Positions 34,201 through 46,200 of a stretch of DNA of 64,000 nt are shown piece after piece. The translations under genes were made by a program, and so were the position numbers. This DNA is from Macrostomum hystrix (taxonomy: Eukaryota; Animalia; Platyhelminthes). The stretch's first letter is position 1; the number at the start of each line of letters is the position of its first letter. Location of the stretch: positions 34,596,001 to 34,660,000 of the forward strand of contig CATNEN010000038.1 in NCBI GenBank assembly GCA_950097015.1, read 5' to 3'. The notes beneath the pieces were generated by a model. It was not told where the DNA came from. It made no database searches and saw only the letters and a list, made by a program, of their open reading frames with translations.

Positions 34201-37200
34201 GTTCTACTACTACTAGCTTGTTCGTGCACTTGTATGTTGATGCATACGAATCATGATGCTGCTGCTGCTAGGTTTTAGTCTAGCTCGAAGCGGGTCGTAG
34301 TGGTTGAAGGGATTAACACAAGCCTGATCAATGAAGCGCATCTAGTAACCTCGATGATTTTTTAGTCTACTGGCGAAACTTCTGGTGTAGTTCCTTCTAT
34401 TTCCTAGCCCTTCATCTTCTTTACTGGCCTTGTCTTTATCAATCTGCTGCATCTCTCATAACTCCTTGCAGTCTATTTCTCTCTCTCTCTCTATCCTCTT
34501 TCTCCGTTAGGATTTTTGCGCTTTCAACAATACTGTATTACCTGGCTGGTGTGTCTAATATAAGCAATAAATAGATATCAGTTGGTTGCGCATTAGAAAA
34601 TAAGTATTATCTTTGTCTAAAATATTAATTTATTAGGAAAGAACGAAGAACCGAAGAACCGATTTAGTAAATTATTTTATTACAGTACTTTTGGTTGAAT
34701 TCAGAAGCTAATTACAGACACGCGCTACAATTAAATCCTGTTTTTTCTCGGATAAAACTGGATTTAATCCTAGATTATTTGGTAAATAAAACTGGCAACA
34801 ATTAGTTTATTCCAATCGTAATTGTACATCATTTTCGTCATCGCTTATCTAATGCTCAGCTGATCATGTATCTGAATTAGTGGTTAGGGCGTCGGACTCA
34901 CGACTTGAAGGTCGGGGGTTCAATTTCCGACTCCACTGGAACAATTTGTGTCCTTTAGCAAGACACTTAACTCTGCATTGCTTCAGTTCACCCAGCTGTT
35001 AAATGGGTACCAGCATCAGCTGGGATAATTGAAGGTGGGTGTGGGCGTCCCCCCAGTCCATGGACTGAACAGCCGTACGCAGCCTTCAGATGCGCCACGC
35101 ATTAGCTGCGGATGTGCTGTTGGCTGCACATCTGACCCAATTGGGGCAGGTGTAATCAATTATTTTATTATTATTATTAGATTAGAAAATTTATTATTGC
35201 CCTTTAGTCAAGCTATTTAGATGAATTAGAATAAATCTACATAATAAATGCCCTGTCTAATCTATCTTTGATCTATATGCTGTCTGACTGTCTAACTATA
35301 AATGAAATGCGCTGCACACCAAATTGGCTGCTGCTGCTGCAAAAACTGCAGTGTTAGGGTTGCAAAATTTTTATCCAGCTATTGCGAATAAGCCAAACCC
35401 TTCGGGGCTTTGATGTGTGAATGAGCAAATTTAAATTCCAAATTGCCTTCCGCAATGCACTGGGCTGGCTGTATAGGGGTGAAAGAGTCCCATCTAGCTT
35501 ATGGTTGGCAACTGACTGTGCGCGGCTGTGTGGGTGGGCTGAAGTGGATGGAGATTAGAAATAGATAGGCTCTGTATGTAATCTTGACTATTTCTATGCA
35601 AACTGCTGTTGCTGACAGCCTGTGTCCTGTCCACAGTCGTACCACCACAGACCTCGCCGCTACCGTTCCTTCATTCTCCAACACTACTCAAACTCACTCG
35701 TCTCCCGGGAGCAGCAGCTTATCCTCTCTCTCTCTGTTTTTATCCTTCCCCCAGGCTCCGCCTCCTCTTATTTGCCACCCCGATCACCTCCCGCCTGAGT
35801 TCATTCCTAGCCTGAGCTCACCAGTCCTGTTCTCATCCGCTATTTCAATCCGGCATTCAAAAGCCCAGTCAAAAATTGCTATTGCTTATTCTCTATGTAT
35901 TTTGTTTCTGTGACTTAAAAAAAATTCTTATGATTCTGCTTCTTGTAGTAGATTCCTGACATTTTATCGCTTTTGATCTAATTGGTTGTGACGTGTTGCT
36001 ATAGTCTTGTGTTATGAGCATACTGTGGATTCGAACTCGTGCCTTGCTCTCATAGTCACGTAAAAATTCTGTAGATTCGAACTCGTGACTTCTTCACGTG
36101 ATCACGTGACTTCTGTGGATTCGAACTCGTGATCTATTAGCCACACTCACCTTCCTTCGCCAGGTAAAAGAGATCACAGGCCTTGGCACAACCATAGACG
36201 TTTGCCTGGTGAATGGCAAACTGCGCGAATCAGAAACCATTGTCCTAGCCGGACAGGAGGGTCCCATTGTGACACAGATCCGAGGCCTGCTAATGCCAGC
36301 CCCAATGAAGGAGATGCGAGTCAAGAATCAGTACGACAAGTTCAAGGAGGTCAAAGGCGCACAAGCTGTCAAGATCATTGCCAAGGATCTGGAGAAGGCA
36401 CTAGCCGGCTTGCCGCTCTTCTCTACTAAAGATTCCAATGAGATCGAAGTGTTCAAGGTCAGTGGCTGCTTGTTTGCTTTTCAATTCCTACTATTGCCTA
36501 TAATTTTGGTTCGCTTTACAGCAGGGGTAGGCAAACTTATTTGCCGGCGGGCCAAAGAGAGAACCTAAAAGACGACAGCGGGCCGCATTGACTGTATAAA
36601 TATGAGATAGGGGAGAGATGAGACACGGGAGAGATTTGACACGGGAGGGATAAGACAGGGGAGAGATTTGACACGGGAGAGATTTGACACGGGAGAGATT
36701 AGACATGGGAGAGATTAGACACGGGAGAGATAAGACAGGGGAGAGATTAGACACGGGAGAGATAAGACAGGGGAGAGATTAGACACGGGAGAGATTAGAC
36801 ATGGGAGAGATTAGACACGGGAGAGATAAGACACGGGAGAGATAAGACACGGGAGAGATAAGACACAGGAGAGATAAGACAGGAGAGGGATTAGACACGG
36901 GAGAGATAAGACAGGGGAGACATTAGACACGGGAGAGATTAGACACGGGAGAGATAAGACAGGGGAGAGATTAGACACGGGAGAGATTAGACACGGGAGA
37001 GATTAGACACAGGAGAGATGAGACACAGGAGAGATGAGACACAGGAGAGATAAGACACAGGAGAGATTAGACACGGGAGAGATGGGACACGAGAGCGATG
37101 AGACACGGGAGAGATAAGACACGGGAGAGATGGGACACGAGAGCGATGAGACACAGGAGAGATTAGACACGGGAGAGATGAGACACAGGAGAGATTAGAC

Positions 37201-40200
37201 ACGGGAGAGATTAGACACGAGAGAGATGAAACAGGACACTGTAGATGTCAGAAGGGGCAACGGGCCGGATTTGGGAGCTTCGAGGGCCGCATCTGGCCCG
37301 AGGGGCGGAGTTTGCCGACCCCTGCTTTACAGGGTTCAATAGATATAGTGACTGAAGAGATAGATAGTGTGCTGAATATCATGAGTTTTTTTTCTGTTCC
37401 GTATGAATTTATAGCCGAACTTAAAGTGCATATTTTAACCGTCTGTCTGCTGTACTATAATGTGTAGATGTATAAGGCCGAAAACACTAGCTAGACTAAG
37501 CAGTTGATGACATTTTGTTTGACCTATTGTGGATTTGTGTGTGTTGGCTTAATGCAAGTATTTACTACAGTATCCAACAGTATAGGATGCAGAAAAAGGT
37601 TTTGAGAAGTTAATTAAAAGGACAAGTTTCACCAAAGCTTTGCAAATTTAATGCACAACTCAAGAAGTATATTATTAAGTGTTATATTTATATCAATATG
37701 TAGTATTTATAAAGCTAAATGTAATTCTGCAAAGCAAACTTTCCATGGAAACAACACAATGAACGACTAAGTAAATAACAATGCAAGTTAGGGACAACAA
37801 CAGACAGACAACATAGTTTAAAAAAGACAAATATGTCGCATTGTTACTGATTAATTCCTAGCAATTTATTATGATAATAAGGATGTCCTGATAGGGATAC
37901 CAGGTAATGGCGCATTGTACGAGCTAAAATGAGTTTTTATCTGAAATACCGTGGAAAAAATTGCTGTTCGTTTTCTAAGTTGGTAAAACTTGTTACAAAT
38001 AAATACTTTAAGATTTAGATTTACAGCTCGAAATACAACAAAGAAGTTAGCAGAAAAGAGAAATAAGAGAGCATAAATAAAATTAAATACAAACAAGATT
38101 TTTCTTCTAAAAAGTATGAAAAAATAAGGGAAATATAACAAAATACGTTTTCGACTGTAATTTTATATTGTACATGTCCGTTTTTTATTAATACCTCTTT
38201 AACAGTAGAGTGCGTAACCATTTTAATTTCAACTGGCATAGTTAATCCAATTAATTAATTTGGTAATTCAGAAAGTGGCGACTAGCATAAAAATTACTTT
38301 AATCTGTCTGAAGTTTTTATGGCAATGTTGGTGGGTAGCTAATGTGTTGCACAACAACAAAATTATACACACCAATATATATGCATTATATAATAATAAT
38401 AATAGACTATTTTTGGCCTATCAAATTTCGACATTTGAGGAAAAAATACCATCGATAGAATTAACAAATACTTGTTAGCTAAATAGTTTGCATTTTTACT
38501 AACTTTCCGTAGCTGCCATATTTTTTTTTAATAACGACCTTCAGGTATGATGAGTCTGTTAAATACTCATGATAAACTTCATGGGTCGATGATTGGTTAG
38601 ATAAGATACTTTGTAAGTTTAGAGTTGCCTAAACAAGTAATAGTTTTTCAAATTAATGTATACTGCCTTTTTTAAATAATCTAATGAGTAGATGTAACTC
38701 CGGCGATATAAGTAATGGGCTTAAAGAGTCTAGGAAAATCAACACATTAACTATCTTTCTAAATATGATCGTAAAATGAGTACACAAAAATTGACAAGTT
38801 AAGTTTTAGTTTTTCAGTCTTTACTGCTTTTCAAGCTCAGAATTATAATGACAGAATAAAACGGTAGAAAAAAACATAATCAAAAGTTTTCTTAAAAACC
38901 GGAACTTTGAAGCCAGAAAGTCATTTTTAAACAATAATTTTTTTCAGAAATTCTTCTCATTCAGTTTCTCATAGCATATCACCCCCTGCTCCTCTGTACA
39001 TCTCGGCCCTGGCTTGGTAAGGATTATCACCGTGATTTCCGCGCAGCGGAATGCACTCCTCCGGATAAAGCTGCTGCTGCTGAGGCCTCTGATAGCCGTC
39101 AGCTGTCTGGTGCTTGTTTTTTAGGATGCCTCGATTCAGAGTCTTGGTACCGCCAGCGGCGCCTCCCGCCTGGGCCCCGATGGTGTCTTCACCGCCGGTT
39201 AGATTGAAACGAATCTCGCCTTTTTGACGGTCTCTAGCCGGCAGTGTGGCTGTTGAATAAGATGTCGGCACGCTCTGATACTGCGGATATTGCTGGTGTT
39301 GTTGCTGCTGCTGCTGCTGAAAGCGCACAGTTCCGTAGCCATCCGCTGTGCCCGCTATTGTCGACATTGGTAGAATAGACGGCGGAGGCGGTGGCGGAGG
39401 CGTCGATGAAACAGACGACGCCGCTGAAGATACTGCGGCCATTAAGCTGTATTGCTGTTGTTGTTGCTCCACCATGGGCCTTACAGGCTGGGTCGGCTTA
39501 GCGTTGGTATACATGAGAGCGGCTGCCGCAGCCGGCGGTGGTGGAGGCGGCAGCGGCGGTTCCATGTCGCTGACTGGTGCCAAGTTCGGATTGGCCAGTT
39601 TAATTGCGCTGTTTGTCTGATAGTTTTGCTGCTGCTGCTGGCGCAGAGTGTGCGTCATCACGGGACTGTCATTGTCTATGGTGGTAGCACCCAGATCGCG
39701 AATTAGGTCGCCTCCGTGCGGGCCGCCGCCGCCTCCGTAGCCTCCGCCACCCCCCATGACGACGATCACACCACCGCCTCCGTTAGCGCCATTGGCCAAA
39801 TCATCCGAGCCCAAATCTCCGCCGCTTCCGTTGGCACCGTCGCCAGGCTCGCTTGGCCTATGCAACTGTTCGCCCTGCCAACTTTTAGTTGGCTGCACCA
39901 AATCTATGCAGCGCTGGCGGCGGCACAATCCGTGCCAGATTAGCGGGCTGAACAGTCCGGCTAGCAGGAACAGGAATGCAGCTACTGCTAGTATTAGATT
40001 AGTATAAATCGGCACCTGGATAGACGGGTCGATGATGCGGTAGAACAGGTTGCCGGCGCTTGGCCACAGAAGCGACTGGATGCTAACGTGCATTCGCAGT
40101 CCTGCCAGTGCGATGGCCAGGCCAGGCGTTACGAAGCCAACCAGCACCAGGAACCAGGGCCTTAGTGCGACGCCGCCGCCTACTTCCTTAATGAAGCGAA

Positions 40201-43200
40201 CTCCGCCGTAGCCGTGTGCCACGGCTAGGCAAGCCAGTGCCGTTAGCAGCAGCGGCAGCCAGCGCACAGTTGACATTCTGTACAGATCTGGCAGGCTGAG
40301 AGTCTGTTTGAAGTGCTGCTGAACGAAGCCCAATCCGGCGCCGAAGCTGCACACAATCAGGCTAGCCAGAAGGCGCGCTGTCCATTGCCGTTTGCGCAGT
40401 CCTTGACAGCCGCGCAGTTTGTCCGATACAGCGCGCACCCAGGCGTCAGCTCGAACCAGCATGCGAGTTAGGAATAGCCAGGCTAGGGCACACCGCCAGA
40501 ACCACAGCCAGATAGCTGGCGAGATGTCATTAGCTGGTAGGCCTTTTAGCAGTTCTAGATAGACGACAACATCGTCGCCGGCTCGGTCGTCAGCCTCGGG
40601 CGGCGCGATAGCCCAGCCGGGTTGGTTGGCGCTAGCTGATGGCACAGCTGGCAGGCGTATGTTGTAGCTGCAAATGTCGTTACTCCGAATTGTTACTTTC
40701 TTCTTCTTTTTAAACAAGCAATCTGACAAGGTCAAGTCCTTTGGGGTTGACCCCAAAAATTCTCTTTTTGACTTGTGCCAGTCAGTAACTTGCTACAATA
40801 TTTTTTCTGGCTTCAATCTGGTTTAGGATAATCCACCTCTTCGACCCTTAGTTAAAGTACTAATTCGATTACTACAGAAAACAATTTAACTTATACTAGT
40901 AGTATAGTTAGTTACTTTTATTGCTTATCTTAGGATTGCATCTTTTATAAATTGATGGATCACTAGATACTAGATAGCTAGAGCTGCAGCTCTTTCTCCG
41001 AATGCCTTGTACTGTGTACAGCTGTTCAGTCCATGGACTCGGGAGGTCGCTACACCAACCCGAATTTCTATTGCTTCGAACCAACTGCTGGTACAAAGAC
41101 AGATGCGGCTATCGCAATGAGGGTCCTGGGTTCGCTTCTTAATTCTTTTTTTGACGCGCAACCCATCGCCGTACGGATGTAAAGCTAGTCATGCTAGTTT
41201 TATCATTTTAATAGGTTTTTTACTGGGCCAAACCTCGCCCATCTTTTCCTTCCGATTCGCCCTTAAAATATTCCCGTCTTACCACCATTGCCTACCGCGC
41301 ACCGACCACGATTTCAGCTATTTTTCCCGGTCTAAAGTTTAAACTTTATTGCTAGAAAGAAAAGTGGAAACTGCGAGATAGAGGGGTAGAAAAAAAACAC
41401 GGTGGTCGATGAGTTTAAAGTACTTACCGAGGCAATTTGCAGGTGTCATTGGCACTGCCAGTCCAGGTGTTAGCGGTAACGGGCAAATCAATTGTTGCAG
41501 CAGTATCGGTTGACGCTAGCAGTGATGTAGACGCAGCCACTCCAGACAATGGGATCAGAGCCGGCTTGCCCTGACAGAATTGCATTACTAGTGCACTAGT
41601 AGACACCGTGTACAGCGCGTGCATTATGAATACTAAGCCAACTGTTAAGCCGGAGTCTAGAAAAGCGTTGGTTCTAGGCTTTCTATAGCTGCCTAAGGTT
41701 ATTAAAGCGCCGGTGCCGCAGGCGTACAGATAGGGCAGTAGGGAGGCTCGCAGCAGATCCAGTAGGCTATCTGGTAGGCGGGCTGACAGTTGCCACAGGC
41801 GTTGCAGTGAAGCCTCTGTATGGCCCAGTGTCAGAGCTCGCACGGCAACCGAGCTTAGAGCACCAATGCACACTAGTGAGCCAAGTACCCACAGTTTGCT
41901 GGCGTACTTCGGCCACCAGGTTAGCACCGGTAGCAGTAGGCCTAGCCATAGGGCCAATTGAAAATAAGCCGTATACTGTAAGCCTTCAATGCCGTGCTGC
42001 TGTCTTAGATGATCCAGCACGTCCGCGTTGGTGGCTAGAAGGTCTAGCGCACTGCAGGTTAGCATTAGAAGGCCGATGCCCTTCCAGGCGGGCCCGAAGC
42101 ACCAGCATTTCACCGGACCAAATTGGCTTCTCTGGCCTAGAGCTAGTTCGCAGAATACTAACGGTTGAACTAGTACCAATATGCCTGCTAGCTGTACTAG
42201 TACCGGCCATAGGCCGTACTCAATATAGGCCCGCAATGGCAAATAGACAAATAGTTGCGGTGTTAATAACGCTATCCAACTGATTAGTGTACACTCGGCT
42301 CGGAGCATCATGATGATTTCTGGCTTAGTCTTCGACTCCGGTGTTGTTCGCTTTTTTTATTACAGATTTAAAAAACCGGTTTTATTTCCAATAATGATAC
42401 GAATGTGCTTTGTTAAACGGCAGCGAGAGCTCGGCCATGGCTTGGCTGGTTTTGTGTGCGCCCTGTGCGCTGGGAAGTTAAGGGAGAGAAATTATTATTA
42501 TCCGGCTGTGGGCTGCGGAGGGGGGTGGGGATGAGCGAGCGGGCTGCGGACGGATTTGGAACAGGGGCGGCTGGGGTAGGAATTTTTTTGGCCTTGGCAT
42601 GCCTGACGTGTTCCTCTTTCCTACTGTTTTTGGGAGGCGAAGGAGGGAGGGAGGGAGTGACGTAGCCCCAAATGTACACGCCCCGCCACCCCCTACGCCT
42701 CCTCAGAACATTGACCCCTCTATCTAACTCTCGTCCCTCTCTTATCTAAGCCAGGCCTCATCCCTGACTCATTCTATCTTCTCTCCTCCCCCCAGCTGAG
42801 GAACCCCGTTGATTTGCCCGTTGGCCCTGTAGCATTTGAAGAGGCAATATTTTTTCAGACAGCGCCCCTTCTAACTTTGAGCCATTCTCAGCCCGTTCTC
42901 TTCTCTTCCCAAATTTTAAGCCCTAACTGTCATTCGGCTCAGTCTCATTGGCTGTGGGAAAGCTTGTTATTGGATTTGGAAGCCTGCCTCCCCACACCCC
43001 CCAGTGTTTTTCACCTCTTTCCCTCTCCTGCCACTCTCCTTCTCCTTCTCGGCCAGTTCTGCGACCATCTGTATTATTTGAAGTGACTCGCCTCCGCCCA
43101 CCACTGTGGGAAGAAGGACCAAACTAAGAAATCCCCTCTCTCTTACTCTCTTCTTCGTCTTGTGTTTCAATTTCTTCCTTCAACTACTCCGAGGTTTCCA

Positions 43201-46200
43201 TTCGTTCTCTCGTCCGGCTCCTCTATCGGGTTTGGCCGGACTTGGGACGAGTTCACTTTCTTGCTTCACTGTTTTTCTTCTCAAATCTTTCTCGCTTACT
43301 TTGCTTAGTGTCTTCTATAATCTATTTCATTCCCCTACAGTGTTTTCTGCTTGACAACTTGTCTTCAAACTTCCATTGTATCTTCGAGTATTTTACGAGT
43401 AATTTAGCCCGCACAGTTGTTCAGTCCATGGACTGGCGAGGCCACCATACCTACCCAAGTTTCTACTCAAACAAATTGGCCCCAGTTGACAGCTAGCTAA
43501 ACTTAATAAATGGGGAATCACGTGTCTTGATGGGTGTTTCACTTTCTCCAAATTTTATTATCCTAAAATTAGGGATGTTATTTAGAATTTCGGAATTAGT
43601 TTGAGATGGCTAAAGTTTGAGTTTGGCTAAAACACAATGCCTTATACCCTAGTCTAATTCATGACTTGACAGTCGGGGGTTCGATTTCAGACTCCGTTGG
43701 AATAATGTAAGTGTCCATTAGCAGGACACTTGACCTTGCATTGCTTCAGTTCAGCCAGCTGTTAAATGGGTACCAGCAGTAGCTATAGGGTAATTGAGGT
43801 TGGGTTTGGCTCCCACAGTCCATGGACTGAACAGCCTTCAGATGCGCCGAGCAATAGCTGCGGCTGTGCTGTGCGCATCTGACCCAATCGGGGCAGGTAT
43901 AATCAATTATTAATATAATTGATTTTTAAATAATTATAATTTTTGAAAGCACCCCCTTTTTGCCCAAGAACGCCAATTGCATCAAGTGAGCTTGTCATGT
44001 ATTAGAATTTATATGTTTATCTAATTGGATTTATTGAAAGCCCTTTATTATGTCTGCGAATATGTGTGTATTTGTATTTCGTGGCACTGACTCACTTACT
44101 GAATTGATAGTCTGCATACGTGCACTATATATATATATATATATATTCGCTCCATGTTTTAGTACAACAGCTGTTAACTGGCATGCTTTATGTTAGCAGA
44201 AATGTCCATGTTCCATACAATCTAGGCACCCGAGCTTCTGTATGCCTAATGAATCATGGGCTTTGCCTAGCCAGACAGGGCGGTTTTTATTTAACTTCAA
44301 TGTTCGAATTAAAACTACGCCTTAAATTGCTAGTTCAATTGTTCACTTAAAGTTCTCGATTATAAAAAGGCTTCACAAAGCTATAGACTGCGAATTATCT
44401 GCGAAAACATTGTATTCTAGGTTACAACTTTCTACGGACACAATGGACTGTAGGTCACAATTGTCTACGAAAGCAATTAACTGTAGGTTACAATTGTCTA
44501 CGAAAGCAATTAACTGTAGGTTACAATTGTCTTTAATAGCAACTAACTGTAGGTTACTGTAGGTCTACGAAAGCAATTAACTGTAGGTTACTGTAGGTCT
44601 ACGAAAGCAATTAACTGTAGGTCACAATTGTCTACTAAAGCAATTAACTGTAGGTTACAATTGTCTACGAAAGCAATTAACTGTAGGTCACAATTGTCTA
44701 CTAAAGCAATTAACTGTAGGTTACAATTGTCTACGAAAGCAATTAACTGTAGGTTACAATTGTCTTTAATAGCAACTAACTGTAGGTTACTGTAGGTCTA
44801 CGAAAGCAATTAACTGTAGGTTACAATTGTCTACGATAGCAATTAACTGTAGGTCACAATTGTCTACGAAAGCAATTAACTGTAGGTTACAATTGTCTAC
44901 GAAAGCAATTAACTGTAGGTTACAATTGTCTACGAAAGCAATTAACTGTAGGTTACAATTGTCTACGAAAGCAATTAACTGTAGGTCACAATTGTCTACG
45001 AAAGCAATTAACTGTAGGTTACAATTGTCTACTAAAGCAATTAACTGTAGGTTACAATTGTCTACGAAAGCAATTAACTGTAGGTTACAATTGTCTTTAA
45101 TAGCAACTAACTGTAGGTTACTGTAGGTCTACGAAAGCAATTAACTGTAGGTTACAATTGTCTACTAAAGCAATTAACTGTAGGTTACAATTGTCTACTA
45201 AAGCAATTAACTGTAGGTTACAATTGTCTACGAAAGCAATTAACTGTAGGTTACAATTGTCTTTAATAGCAACTAACTGTAGGTTACTGTAGGTCTACGA
45301 AAGCAATTAACTGTAGGTCACAATTGTCTACGAAAGCAATTAACTGTAGGTTACAATTGTCTACGAAAGCAATTGACTGTAGGTTACAATTGTCTACGAA
45401 AGCAATTAACTGTAGGTTACAATTGTCTTTAATAGCAACTAACTGTAGGTTACAATTGTCTACTAAAGCAATTAACTGTAGGTTACAATTGTCTACGAAA
45501 GCAATTAACTGTAGGTCACAATTGTCTACGAAAGCAATTAACTGTAGGTTACAATTGTCTACGAAAGCAATTAACTGTAGGTTACAATTGTCTTTAATAG
45601 CAACTAACTGTAGGTCACAATTGTCTACGAAAGCAATTAACTGTAGGTTACAATTGTCTTTAATAGCAACTAACTGTAGGTTACAATTGTCTACGAAAGC
45701 AATTAACTGTAGGTTACAATTGTCTTTAATAGCAACTAACTGTAGGTTACAATTGTCTACGAAAGCAATTAACTGTAGGTTACAATTTTCTACGAAAGCA
45801 ATTAACTGTAGGTCACAATTGTCTACGAAAGCAATTAACTGTAGGTTACAATTGTCTTTAATAGCAACTAACTGTAGGTTACAATTTTCTACGAAAGCAA
45901 TTAACTGTAGGTTACAATTTTCTACGAAAGCAAATAGGTTACAATTTTCTGAGAAAGCAGTGGACTTTCGACAGCAATATCCTTTAGGCATTGATCTTCA
46001 GTCGCTGCACTGCAATTTCAGTCTAGTTTGAGTATCAATTTTAGAATTTAATCATTTCTGAAGTCGCTCAGTTTTATTTGCAAATTACTGATGATGAAAT
46101 AAGAATCAAATAAGCCCTACTCTAGCTTCAATTAATAATCGACCAATCGTGAATCTATCAAGCAAGTCCAATCACAAACCTCTGTTTGCGTGCCTATTAC

